From: Spongospora subterranea f. sp. subterranea
Taxonomy: Eukaryota
Direction: 5' to 3'
Assembly (NCBI GenBank): GCA_049724395.1
Contig: JAUGWO010000075.1
Location: 1-64,000 of the forward strand
Length of the DNA stretch: 64,000 nucleotides
Made by a program: the position numbers and the translations under genes. Positions 13,556 to 25,578 of the stretch are shown here, piece by piece. A model generated the notes under the pieces. That model saw nothing but the letters and a program-made list of their open reading frames with translations. It had not been told where the DNA came from and searched no databases. How positions within the stretch are numbered: the stretch's first letter is position 1; each line of letters opens with the position of its first letter.

Positions 13556-14599
13556 CTAGTCGAATACGGTATCAAGTTCATCGGTCATATCGGCAAACGT
13601 CGCGCGTTTCTTTTCCAGCTCATGCGTATTTTGGACCCGATTTACGTATCTATCCTTCTTCTCATTCTTGCGCTTGGCAACCATCCGCCACTTTGAGACC
13701 ACAATAAGTGAATAATTTTCCACTTCCAACCAAAAATCTCACAAAACGCTCGAAACACAGAACCCAATAAAATTCGCTAGAACAAAGAGGAAGGACCACG
13801 AAAAAAACCCTTGAAATCAAAGATGACCCACCTTGGTTGGTGTGACATAGTCGGGATTGGCATAAAGGGTTTCGCCTTCGAAACTGCCGGCGAAGACCTT
13901 GATGGGCATAAGACAGAATCGTGGACCGATCTCGACCAAGGTTGGGTCCGCTGACCCGTAAACGATCTGGTAGTTCCGGAACCAGATCCGCCCGTCCAGG
14001 TAGAAAAACGATAGAACGTGGTCGACGAAGGGCTTGGTCTTGGGATGCCCACGAGGACTGCCGAATATCTGGATGAACATCTGCTTGAGCAGGGTAAGAT
14101 GCGGTTGCCGGTCGAATGCGGCGTCGAATGATAGGACGGGGCGTGACCCTTTCAGGCAATTCCCGGTCAGTTTCAACTCGTCCATCGTGTGCAGATTCTG
14201 GACGAGGAACTTGGCCGATGGGCCGTGTGGCGTCTTGGCCATCCACAGATACAGATCCGTCGAGCGGCGCGCCTCGAAGAACAGGCAGCTGTTGCAGTTC
14301 TTCATATCGCAGGCGTCGTTGACCCCGAACAGGCGCCCTTTGTTGTCGAATTTGCTCTCCTTCTTGCTGTGAGGGAGTAGATCCCGTAGATCACTCATGA
14401 GATGGCGATCACAATATCGGATTCCCTGGGTTGAGAAGACCAGGGTCCGTTGTTTGTTCACGTATTTGGACTGTGTCAGTCGTCCAGCGGCCAACTGTTC
14501 GGCGGCGGTGGCCGGTGCCTGAGATTGGGTTTTGGCATCGGCCACTTCCTCAGGGTACAAACACTGTTCGGCGTCCATCGTTCGCTTCCGTTTATACAT
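13556..14599 (-). CDS. BRX1: Ribosome biogenesis protein BRX1 (Brix domain), 2 exons
   Basis: Motifs NKQRTLVFSTQGI, DLRDLLPHSKKESK, HTMDELKLTGNCLKGSRPVLSFD and LVEIGPRFCLMPIKVF. A short last exon ends ...DELDTVFD* at 13556. Confidence 0.93.
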
Positions 14600-14900
14600 C
14601 GCGATAAAACCCGATCTACGATTATCTTTTGCTCGCAGGAATTCAGGCAATTTCTCAGTCCGAAGATTCGCCGTACGGACCTGAAAACTCCGTAAGTTGT
14701 CAAAAAAAAATCGTCTCCACAGCCCACAGCCCTGGCCAAAACCTCATTTCAGGCGGGAACAAAGGGAATATGTGGTGATAAAATGGAGGTGTTGGTCTGA
14801 TATGATCCCGTATATATTGATGTGGTATTCCTGTAGTGTGGTCATTCAATCACATATTACTAATGGAGGTGATCACCTACGATTGTTGAGATAGTGCCAC

Positions 14901-15555
14901 TTTATCATCTGTTGACCCATATTCTCTGTAATCCCTTTCCCAATTTATCATCTGTTGACCCATATTCTCTGTAATCCCTTTCCCAATTTATCATCTGTTG
15001 ACCCATATTCTCTGTAATCCCTTTCCCAATTTATCATCTGTTGACCCATATTCTCTGTAATCCCTTTCCCAATTTATCATCTGTTGACCCATATTCTCTG
15101 TAATCCCTTTCCCAATTTATCATCTGTTGACCCATATTCTCTGTAATCCCTTTCCCAATTTATCATCTGTTGACCCATATTCTCTGTAATCCCTTTCCCA
15201 ATTTATCATCTGTTGACCCATATTCTCTGTAATCCCTTTCCCAATTTATCATCTGTTGACCCATATTCTCTGTAATCCCTTTCCCAATTTATCATCTGTT
15301 GACCCATATTCTCTGTAATCCCTTTCCCAATTTATCATCTGTTGACCCATATTCTCTGTAATCCCTTTCCCAATTTATCATCTGTTGACCCATATTCTCT
15401 GTAATCCCTTTCCCAATTTATCATCTGTTGACCCATATTCTCTGTAATCCCTTTCCCAATTTATCATCTGTTGACCCATATTCTCTGTAATCCCTTTCCC
15501 AATTTATCATCTGTTGACCCATATTCTCTGTAATCCCTTTCCCAATTTATCATCT
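14901..15555. repeat. Perfect 43-bp minisatellite, 15 copies plus 10 bp
   Basis: Unit TTTATCATCTGTTGACCCATATTCTCTGTAATCCCTTTCCCAA starts at 14901, 14944 ... 15546. No variable spacers. Confidence 0.97.
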
Positions 15556-16015
15556 ATACACAACAACAATGAGGTTTGTTCATGAATCAACACTAGCACC
15601 TTCGAATTAATTTCTCCACCATATCGATATTTTTTGAAAATCTGCGATCGCAATCTGGATTGCCGTTTTGACGGCTGTTGCTGATGAAAGAATCATTTCA
15701 AGAATATGCATACCAACATGGAATCTAGATAGACCTGGCGAAACAGCAAGTTATATGAAATATGCCACGAATACATATGCAATCGCTGACTGATGGATTT
15801 AATTGTTGAAAATGGGCCTTCCCAGAGTTTGGATTTAATTTCGAACGTCCGACAGATAGTAAAGAATATTTTCCTAATTCCAGTTACTTTATTAGCCAAA
15901 CGCCCCCGATCATCTACATTTATTGGACGCCAAACGATAATGTTGTTGATCGGCAGATCAGCGTTGGCACTTGGGCATGTCACACTCATGTTACCCAACA
16001 ACGATACAGTGGGGT

Positions 16016-16420
16016 GGTTGGGAGGCCGCGGACAGTGGCATATCATGTTACCCTCCATGTTACCCTAGACGGTACATGAATGGTACAGTGTACAGTAATG
16101 GTTGGGAGGCCGCGGACAGTGGCATATCATGTTACCCTCCATGTTACCCTAGACGGTACATGAATGGTACAGTGTACAGTAATGGTTGGGAGGCCGCGGA
16201 CAGTGGCATATCATGTTACCCTAGACGGTACATGAATGGTACAATGTACAGTGGATGGTTGGGAGGCCGCGGACAGTGGCATATCATGTTACCCTAGACG
16301 GTACATGAATGGTACAATGTACAGTGGATGGTTGGGAGGCCGCGGACAGTGGCATATCATGTTACCCTAGACTGTACATGAATGGTACAGTGTACAGTGG
16401 ATGGTTGAGAGGCCGCGGAC
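16016..16420. repeat. Imperfect tandem repeat, units of 84, 84, 73, 73, 73 bp plus a partial unit
   Basis: Core GGTTGGGAGGCCGCGGACAGTGGCATATCATGTTACCC...TAGACGGTACATGAATGGTACAGTGTACAGT starts at 16016, 16100, 16184, 16257, 16330 and 16403. The 84-bp units carry an internal CATGTTACCCT duplication. Confidence 0.93.
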
Positions 16421-16506
16421 ATGGCAACTGCCTGTTGCCCTAGGGTCATGGAATTGACTGTTGTCCATCTCGCCCTGGCGCCCAACGGGGATCGACCTCG
16501 CCGATC

Positions 16507-17645
16507 ATGCTGATCCTGGGCTTGGAGGGGTCGGCCAATAAGCTCGGGATCGGAATTGTGGATGATGCTGGTAATATCCTGGCTAATGTCAGGGACACGT
16601 TCGTCACCCCACCTGGAACCGGTTTCCTCCCTCGTGAGACCGCACAACATCATCAGCGATTCATCATCCCCTTAATCAATCAGGCCCTTCGTGACGCCAA
16701 TATCACTCATGACCAGATTGACCTGATCGCTTATACTAAAGGCCCTGGTATGGGCGCCCCTCTTCAAGCCGTCTCCATTGCTGTTCGTATAATCAGCCAG
16801 CTATGGTGTAAACCCATTATCGCCGTCAATCACTGTATTGGTCATATTGAAATGGGTCGTTCCGTCACCAAAGCGGATAACCCTTGCGTTCTATACGTAT
16901 CTGGGGGAAATACACAGATCATATCCTATTCCAATCACCGATATCGCATTTTTGGCGAAACCATCGATATCGCCATTGGCAATTGCCTAGACCGTTTCGC
17001 CCGCGATCTAGATCTATCTAATGATCCATCACCCGGATATAATATCGAACAGCTCGCCAAACAAGGAAAACAATTCATCGAGTTGCCGTACGTCGTCAAA
17101 GGAATGGACGTCTCGTTCGCTGGCCTGTTAACCTTCATTCAAGGAACGGCAAAGACCATGTTGGCCCAAGGTCAATGCACGAAAGCCGATCTGTGCTACT
17201 CGCTACAGGAGACCGTGTTCGCCATGCTTGTCGAGGTGACCGAAAGGGCCATGGCGCATTGTGGTCACGATAGCGTTCTAATCGTGGGTGGGGTCGGCTG
17301 CAACTTGCGCCTTCAGGAGATGGCCAAGGCCATGTGCGATCAGCGTGGTGCCACAGTTTGTACAATTGACGACCGGTAAGGAGGCCGTTTCCTCTCGAAT
17401 TATCGCCATGTTCGGATGCGGTGACCGTTGATTTCCAACAGATATGCGGTTGATAATGGCGCGATGATCGCCCATGCTGGATGGCTAATGTATCAATCTG
17501 GCACAAGGACCGCCCTTTGTGAGACGACCACAACACAGCGGTTTCGTACTGGTAGGATCGGGGTTGGACTCAATCCATTTGAGGAGTTAATTCTGGATTT
17601 CCTGAACACACAGATGAGGTCGAAGTGACATGGCGATCCGATTAA
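16507..17645 (+). CDS. KAE1: tRNA N6-adenosine threonylcarbamoyltransferase (KEOPS catalytic subunit Kae1/OSGEP), 3 exons
   Basis: Motifs [49 protein letters not shown] and [13 protein letters not shown]. Spliced tail [10 protein letters not shown]...[16 protein letters not shown]. Confidence 0.96.
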
Positions 17646-18093
17646 ACAAGATAAGAGGCTGGAACGGCAAATATTACATATTATCTCCCTTCACAAATAT
17701 ATTCAATATACCAATCTGATTAGTGTTTTATCGTAAATGCTGAATTGGCGCAGCGATCAGTTGCGTTTACATTCTGACATGTTGACCAGACGTCTATTTG
17801 TTCGCTTATTTGACTTACATACCAAACGGCACAGGTTTTAATATCCCATTCGCACTCAACGACATTAGCCGACTCGTGTCAACGCCGACCAAATCATTAT
17901 AGAAGGCGGTGCAAAGAGTGGTCAAATATTTGGTGACGGCTTGATATTCAAGGGGAGCTCAATTATCACTGCATGGGATGACAGTAGTAATGCTATCGAC
18001 GCTACTGATGAAAATATCGACAACAGACACGATCACCATTATAGGTGGTATGAGATTGTCTTTCAGAATCTCCAACCGCTAAAAAATAAACAG

Positions 18094-19780
18094 ATGGCCG
18101 CCAGGACTCGCCCTGACATCGCCGTTAAGGTTGAGTAGTGCGGTTATGGGTGAGACTGATAGAGCAATGATGGATATGAACGGCACTAGAACGGTTCCGT
18201 TAGTTTGGCAGGGAGGGGGTTGGCTAGCTGGGCAACTTCATCAGTGTGTTGCCCTGAGACTTGAAGCGCCAATTCACGATTGGCAATCTGACTGCAATCC
18301 GTCATGTCTGTAACTCTCTGAATTGCAGTAGGAGGTGGCCAGACAAATGGCGACACCATCTGATGCGGTGTGCATTGAAGGTGGTGCTCCACATATACCT
18401 GGTTCGTCCGACTCGAATTGGGCACCGGTATCACGGGCGTGTGAGGACCTTGACCGAGGCCTTCAATCGCAGGATGAGGAATGTGCTGATCTTCAGCGTA
18501 TCATGGGGACACTTCATGTGCGCCTTCTCAGGGTTTGCGATTTCATATCTGATTTCGGGTGCAGATGCAGGAAGAATTGATCGATTATAAAGAAGTGAGT
18601 GCGTGCTTGGACGCATTTGCTCACGAACTCGAGCAATGTCTGCACGAGAAAAGGGAATTGGAACGGATCAATGCGCGTCTGGTCGAGAACCAGAATATAT
18701 TGGAGGCGCGTTGCTTGACATTAGATCAGGCTTTGGACAGGGCAGCAAGGTTTGATGAAGATCGTGTCGTATCACTGAAGAACTCGGAGAAGGCGCGCGA
18801 TCGGCTACAGATTGAGCTGAGGGAATCAGAGGCGGCGCGTGATCGACTTCAGACTGAGTTGAAGGAATCAGAGACGGCGCGTGATCGATTTCAAACCGAG
18901 TTCAAGGAATCGGATGCGGCGCGCGATCAAATCCAGACTGAGTTGAAAACGGTCGAGATGACGTGCGGACGACTCCAGGTTGAGTTGGAGGAAGCCGTCT
19001 CACGTTGTGCTGAGTTGGAACAAGAATCGCATAACAAAATCAGGGAGATTCGCGATCTCCAGCAAGAGACGCAATCGCTGAACGACACAATTGCTGTACA
19101 GAAGCGACAAAAACAGGTGGCCAATAATGAGTCGGCCGAAGCAATCAAGCGATCAGAAAACGAAGTGGGACGACTGCAGATGAGCTTAGACCGTATATCG
19201 GAATCCTATCGCCAGGTCAGAGCTTCTATGTTCAGGGAAACCCAAAATTACTGCAACTTCTGAACTACCGTTAAGATTGAACGAGATAATGTCCATTGGA
19301 AGCAGGCCAATACACTGGCGAAACATTCTCAGGCTGCAGTAGAGGCACAATTGGCTCAGGTGAGACGTCGATCAGTTGGGGTTCCTGTTGCTGAAAATTC
19401 ACTGATGTTGTTGATTGATCAGGCGCGACAACAGCTGCAGCAAAGCGATAAACTGTTGACAACCACTCAAAGGGCGCTGGATAAGGCTGCTGTCGCCAAG
19501 AGGAAAAGGGAAAAAGAGAAGATCGATATGGAAAAGAAGATTGGCGAACAGGAGGGGCAGATCTCAAAACTCTGTTCGACCGTTCGTCAAATGAGGACGT
19601 TCTTTCACAGGTATGTCTGAAAGCAATTCCCGTTTATGGTGTGCCAAATTTGGGAAAAGTGTCGAGGCAATGGACGCCAATGATGCTAGTTGTGATCCAA
19701 ACGGTTCGAGACAGCCATTCCAATTCGGACGGATCGTCAAGGAACTCGATCGCTTGAGCTCGTCTGTAGAAGGACTTTGA
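18094..19780 (+). CDS. Coiled-coil protein of unknown function, multi-exon, with four 14-aa internal repeats
   Basis: E/K/Q/R-rich ORFs linked by GT-AG introns. Repeats ARDRLQIELRESE/ARDRLQTELKESE/ARDRFQTEFKESD/ARDQIQTELKTVE at ~18795-18960. The start exon is tentative (alternative ATG at 18347). Confidence 0.6.
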
Positions 19781-20817
19781 GCGCCAAAAACGAGATTCAT
19801 AGTTCATTCGACGGTCAAAATTATAATGAAATTCGCACTTAGACGAAAAACACGCGATAACTAAGCACAGGAGAAAGTGAAAGGTCCTGTAGTGCTCAAA
19901 TTACCAGGTCAAGTAGTGTTAGCTGTGATTGTCAATAACTTCATATATACTCTGGCAAACCGAGTCAGACATCATCGGTCAAGGCGCAACATCGCCATCT
20001 CAGTAGCAATATGTAGTTACACAACCAACGGATTTCCCCTTTGCCGACTCATTCATTCGTAACCACTGTCGTGGTTCCCGAAAAGACAAATCGTCGACTG
20101 GCCGTTTTATACGTGTGTTATCGGTATGGTGTTCCTGATACTGATACAATCTCACGTTCTGGAATTTTTTAGTGTTTGCTTTCGGCAAGAAAGCTACTGT
20201 AGGGGTAGTTTCCTTTGACTCAGCAGCTTCGAGACTGAGCTGTTTTTGACTAATCACTGTAAAAGCAGTGACAGAAAGTTGACCTGGAGTCCGAATAGAG
20301 AGGAGAGGTCTTCTTGAAGACGAATACAACGAATCAAAGGAAGATTCCCATCATTGCGGCACACTGAAGCTGGCGATAACGGTCCCGAACTTAATTGACT
20401 GGATTTTTATTTCTGTGTTGACCCTTCTCAACCGGATCACAAATGGTCTTGTTTACTCACACCCACATTCCGGGCTGAGTCGAGACCTTTCGAGGCTACT
20501 GCTCCTCGTCTGCAATTATATATCCCTGTCGCCTGATAACCTCTTCCGTGAATTGAGAGGTGTCATCCAGCCTAATAAAGGCAAGAAGATTTTGGTTGAT
20601 AACTGCATTCGCACTTGGCTGCGTGCAACTCAAGGTCCGACACAGGAACCGGACAAACTGTTGAGATATTCTGATCGTTAAAGAATGCTCACGAGTACAT
20701 TTGTTGCTTTTAATTAATTCACAAAGCCGTCGCCATTCAATTAGCCGTAATTACGTCAACCCTCATCGAAGGGCTGAATCAGTTCATGAAACATTCTTGA
20801 TGGTTTCTACGGAAAAG

Positions 20818-22177
20818 TCATATTCCAATTGGGCATCCATCGCCATTGAGATAGACGGCGGAAAGGTCCACGACCGAATTCGTGGAGGAGCGCACGTAGA
20901 TGCTACCGACGGCAAACGGTTTCGATGTCGAAGGCAAGCGTGACTCACTTCGCCGAATAAGCAGGCAAATGCGAATCAGCGAAACAAAAGGTTGATCAAC
21001 TTGAACCGGTCCGATGACGCCATCTAATTCGTCCATCCACGCAAAAGTTACGACACTGAATGGATTCGCTTGGAGGTATGGCATACAAAACTGGCAGTAT
21101 TCTTCGGACTCTTCTCGTTCTAATCCGAACACGACCAGTGCCCCCTTCAGCCACTCCCGCGAAGTGCTGGCCTCCACCTGTGAAACAACGAGTTTGGTAA
21201 TTCGGACAACGAGCGGCATCTGGTAATCAAACCCCAACACTAGTTTCACTCAGTCAGGCATTTCCTGAATTACCAAATGTCTAAAAGAAACGTCAATGAT
21301 TCCTCACGTTGAATGTTCGGGACCGATTTGTGAAGAGTCCCATGAGGGTGTCTATTCGCCCGCAGTACCGTGCTTGCCAATGTTCGCTAGAGCGCAGAGC
21401 GACACCCTCGCCCTTGACAGCAATCAAACGGGATCGTACTCTGGCCAAATACGATCCCTCAACGCCCCTTCCCACGATCAGGTCTTGCCATCGCCCGTTT
21501 TGAAACAATATTGATACCTTGCTCTTGGCCTTTGGGCAAACTGGTTGATGGGAATGACCAGGGGCTAGCATGGTCATAATGGTGCAGTTGGCGGCTGTGC
21601 AGGTACTGCCCAAAATGGTCATTGGCGACAATAGCGCCCGGGTAGTTTTACTCTGGAACAGCATTTGATCGGCATGAATATCAACCATCCGTTCGATCTC
21701 GCCGGCAACGTCCCCAACGCTGTGATCAGACCTGAACAATCCCTGAAATAATAGACGATCGTTATCGCCCCATACTTGAACGTTGACCGACTGTTCTGAT
21801 GAAGATAACAAAATCGAGGAAGTCGAATTGAAGCTTGTCGAAGTCTGATCCGCCATGATCATTCGGAAGCGAATTGCGCGGCGTCGGGCCACATCTTTAT
21901 TACCGGTTGGAGGGGTGGCCAGAAAATCTGGAAGATTACACGGTGGGCAGACATGTAGGCCAAAGGCGGCACGCAACAACTCGACAGCACCGACGGGGGT
22001 AATATCGCCTGTCGGGCAGTCTATCGCCAGTCGGGCACAGACCAGTCGTAGTTGTGTAGCCGACATTTGGTTCCAGACAACCATGGCGTGCGGTGGCTTG
22101 GGTGGTGCAGAGGCGATCAGTTCATCATTCTTGTGGCGATTGGGAAGGCGGGCCGCAGCTTTCCTCTCAAAATTCAT
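20818..22177 (-). CDS. Hypothetical protein with a ubiquitin-like segment and a divergent C-terminal domain of the 'KPVIYLYP...GL...E..EFI.YWLP' type
   Basis: A 294-aa ORF and a 143-aa ORF can be joined by an ~88-nt intron. Ubl-like segment VNVQVWG...DHSVGDVAGEIERMVDIHADQMLF. C-terminal WLKGALVVFGLEREESEEYCQFCMPYLQANPFSVVTF...LIRICLLI. Confidence 0.45.
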
Positions 22178-22997
22178 TGTCGAAACCGTAATCGATTCCA
22201 GATTGATCTAGACGGTGTCCAGAAATATATTTGCATGACTGATTAGGAAATTGTATTCCAGATCGCACATGAAGCTGATTAATTGCACGTAGCGAACGTG
22301 CACAATAAGACCGAACGTTTATGCGTTTCCATCAACGCCAGCGGGCAGATATTTTTCAGATGATATCAAGGCCATTGTGCCAGAACACATTGTCACAACA
22401 CAGCTCTTCCTATCCCCAATGATCGTCCAGATTTCGAATTGGAAATTATATGAATTCCACTGTAGCACTACTGTAGCCATGCAAAATATACTAGGGACAT
22501 GTTACTACAGACACTCAGCGTTCAGTGAGTTCCGTTGTCACGTTGCGGGGAGTCTATGTAAGCGAAGCGGCACTATCTCGTAACGTTGAGAATACAAGCG
22601 GGGAATGGTGCGGGCTGTGGTGATCATTGTTCTCTTATCACGACAAATAAACTGCTCGCGCCTGATTCGGATTGCGGGGTGAGATGGCATCACACTCCAT
22701 CGACAACCTTCCACTCAACGATTAGCGGTCATTCGACATTGAACCCGTCGTGCTGAGAATGGAAAGGTACGGGGAGTTTCAAAGTTTCGTTCATCAGCTG
22801 TGCTCCCAAACGTAAATAGCAAGACGTTGTTATAACCTTTTTGGGGCGCTCAGTTAGCGCATAAACCGAGCAACCGTGTCGTCTTACATGCTAGTTATTT
22901 GCATTTGACGCTAGTTTACAACATACTTTGCTGTCAGTTTGTGTCGCTGAAATCAAAGCAAAGGTCACCCCTACTTTCGCCGCTATTGGTTGCGCAA

Positions 22998-23190
22998 ATG
23001 CCGGAGAACGTGGCAGCCTTCGGTCGCCCCACAAGTCTCCTCTGTGATTAGACTGCTTATTTTTATTTTAAAAAGATTATTAAATTTCATTTTTTCTATA
23101 TAGCTGTCTGCAAAGATGAAAGGGATTATTAAGCATGCTCGTTTATCATCGAGAATTTATGGACGAGCTCTTACGACATCGTCTTTGGTA
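22998..23190 (+). pseudogene. Degenerate 5' fragment of a dCTP deaminase paralog
   Basis: MPENVAAFGRPTSLLCD* is colinear with MSTNDGSINVEKSLLSDL. FIIENLWTSSYDIVFG|gtaa matches FLMENLSTSSYDVTLG|gtaa. It shares the TTGCGCAAATG start context. It has an in-frame stop and an internal deletion. Confidence 0.7.
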
Positions 23191-23401
23191 AAAATGAATA
23201 TTCTCTGTTAGCTTATTGTATTCTCTGTTAGCTTATTGTTGGGTTCCGAATCGTGTCAATACGAGCTCTGCTATAATATTTTTTACTTGCGTTTTTTATT
23301 TCACATCTCAAACATTTTTCAAATCTCAGCATTTCATGAGTTGTTGGCGCCCGCACCAAAACAAATGCCGTCCCGATTTTCGCCGTCAGTCGATTGCGCA
23401 A

Positions 23402-24585
23402 ATGTCAACCAATGACGGCAGCATCAATGTCGAGAAATCCCTCCTCTCTGACTTGGTGAGGGATTGATGTCAGACGTTTACCCAGGGTTGCTGAATTACT
23501 TTCCAAGGCCATACTGAATCATATTGATGCCGGTACCGTGGTTATTGAGCCCTTTCTCATGGAAAATCTGTCGACAAGCTCATATGACGTCACCCTTGGT
23601 AATCATTTGCCCTATGATCATTATATTCAATTATCAATTACCATAGATTTTTGTCAATTTTTTCGTTCTTTTGCGGTTGTAATTACCAGAAACCGAGATA
23701 TTCTTAATTTGGGTCAGGGCCGTTTTTCTTTCGAGAATCCACCCCCGAACCGGGAGATGGAATCTTCAATCCGTATAGGTATAAACCTGCTCTGGGCCAA
23801 CATGCTTGGGAATGACTTTTAAGTGTCCAGCGAGTCTATGGTCAGGCAAGTTTGGGGGGCAGACCATTTGCAAACTGCCGAAACTGCAGGTTTTCCTTTT
23901 GTAAATTATCCATTGTACGCTCGTCAACCTGATGGGTACAGAAAAGTATATGGCGCGAACGAAGACGAAATTAGAAAATATCAAGCCGGATGATCAACTG
24001 ATTTGGGTTCGACCTGGTGAGACGATTCTAGGCCATACCAATGGTGAGTCCAGTTCTGCCTCGGCAACGAATTGCCTGCTAAGATTGTTATAGAGTTTAT
24101 CGGTGGACGAGGAACTGTAACGACGATGATGAAAGCTCGGAGCAGCCTTGGTCGAAACTTTATAGAAGTATGCAAATGTGCAGGTACGGATACCTTAATC
24201 CTGGGTTTGGCTTCTTTTTCATTCTCAACTATTCAGGCTGGGGCGATATTGGATATGTTAATCGTTGGACTATGGAGATAACGAACAATTCCAGACATTA
24301 TTCGATCCCATTGGTTGTCGGTCGCCGCATAGCACAAATCGTGTTCTTTGATACGCAGGGCACTCTTCGTGACCGATCGTACAGCGACACCGGCAAGTAC
24401 CAGACCAGTCACGACATGGATGCTTTAAAGCGAGATTGGTCTCCATATGATATGTTGCCAAAAATGTAAGATTTACGTCAACGTACTTATTCGACAACCA
24501 TATATATCTATTGTTCAGGTACTGTGACCGAGAAATTTATCAATCCCATCCAGTACTGGAGAATGGAGATCCTGAACGTATTTAG
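23402..24585 (+). CDS. dcd: dCTP deaminase (trimeric dUTPase-fold), about 8 exons
   Basis: Spliced product contains SLLSD..ILNH, ENLSTSSYDVTLG, PGETILGHTNEFIGG, MMKARSSLGRNFIEVCKCAGWGDIGYVNRWTMEITN, LVVGRRIAQIVF and YSDTGKYQ. The ARSS, MEI and GKYQ motifs are characteristic of Dcd. Confidence 0.88.
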
Positions 24586-24751
24586 CACCAAATATGTTCA
24601 ATAATCACTGTCTTAATCTTTTCATTCTGTGGTATTCTTTCCGTAGTTGCCTGGTCTTGTACGTTATGTAGTCTCTTGATCCGGAGATTCGGAGCTACAC
24701 GCATGAAAAGCTGGATTAATAAGGGTATCATCAAACACGCTCTTCGTGTTC

Positions 24752-25261
24752 ATGAATTATCGATGGATGTTGTTGTTCTTGGCGGCTGTCTTAATAGTCT
24801 TAGGCGGGGTCATCATCCTATATTTGTTGTTTACCCCAAGCGGGAAGATCGCCTTCGACACATATCTTGATCGCGTCAATCAGATCGATGTCAACCGTAG
24901 CGCAGTGGCCCTCTCGCTGGATGTTCGCATTGTGGCATTTAGCCCGAATTACTTTGAGACCCGAATTAATCACGTTGATCTCATTTTGCGCCATGAACGG
25001 GATCCCGTTAAGGAACAATCCATTCCTGGATGGGGTTTGCCTCCTTCAGCGACAACTTCGAAAATTGTAACGGTGAACGCCACTTTGATGAAGATTAACA
25101 ATTTGATTGACGAGTGCAATTTGAGTGACGTTTTTCTTATCACGATATCTGGGCATGTACTTGTTCATGTAAGCTTGATTCCATTCAACAGGTCGATCAA
25201 CTCGAGGAACATGTCGATTCCGTGTCGGTCAATACAAGCATCCCAGGAATTGCGGCGATAA
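24752..25261 (+). CDS. Single-pass membrane protein with LEA_2/WHy-like domain
   Basis: N-terminal hydrophobic helix LLFLAAVLIVLGGVIILYLLF, followed by a beta-rich domain with an SPNYF motif (NPN-like). Intronless. Confidence 0.5.
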   Translation: MNYRWMLLFLAAVLIVLGGVIILYLLFTPSGKIAFDTYLDRVNQIDVNRSAVALSLDVRIVAFSPNYFETRINHVDLILRHERDPVKEQSIPGWGLPPSATTSKIVTVNATLMKINNLIDECNLSDVFLITISGHVLVHVSLIPFNRSINSRNMSIPCRSIQASQELRR

Positions 25262-25578
25262 TGACTTCGTCGTTAGATGAATGGGGATAATGTTCAACAG
25301 CCTCGGATTTTGATTGACAACAGAGAGGTATTTTACAAGTTGGGCTCTTTCTTCATAATATTGCGACATTGACAAAGTTCACAATTTACAGGGTGATTAT
25401 GAAATTCCTTCGGAAAGAATGGCTGTGATCGTCTATTTCATTGGTCTCGGTGCAATCAGGACAAGCAACTCACGCTTGTGCACGACTTTCATATCGTTCA
25501 CCATGGCTTCAAGAGTTGTCAAGATATTGATGGGTTAAATACGCCTATAATATATATTTATACATTGACATTCTGATG

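Noticed and set aside
14901..15555. 43-bp array as a CRISPR array
   Set aside because: The units are contiguous with no unique spacers, there are no cas genes, and the context is eukaryotic.
15971..16297. ORF with repeating GWEAADSGISCYPPCYPRRYMNG peptide
   Set aside because: It is a by-product of the 84/73-bp repeat; the 73-bp units break the frame, and the ORF has no ATG start of its own.
16016..16420. ACCCTAG within the repeat as interstitial telomere sequence
   Set aside because: There is only one imperfect motif per unit and no tandem telomeric hexamer/heptamer run.
19870..20700. Short ORFs between the coiled-coil gene and the Ubl gene
   Set aside because: There is no family similarity or coherent gene model that I can support.
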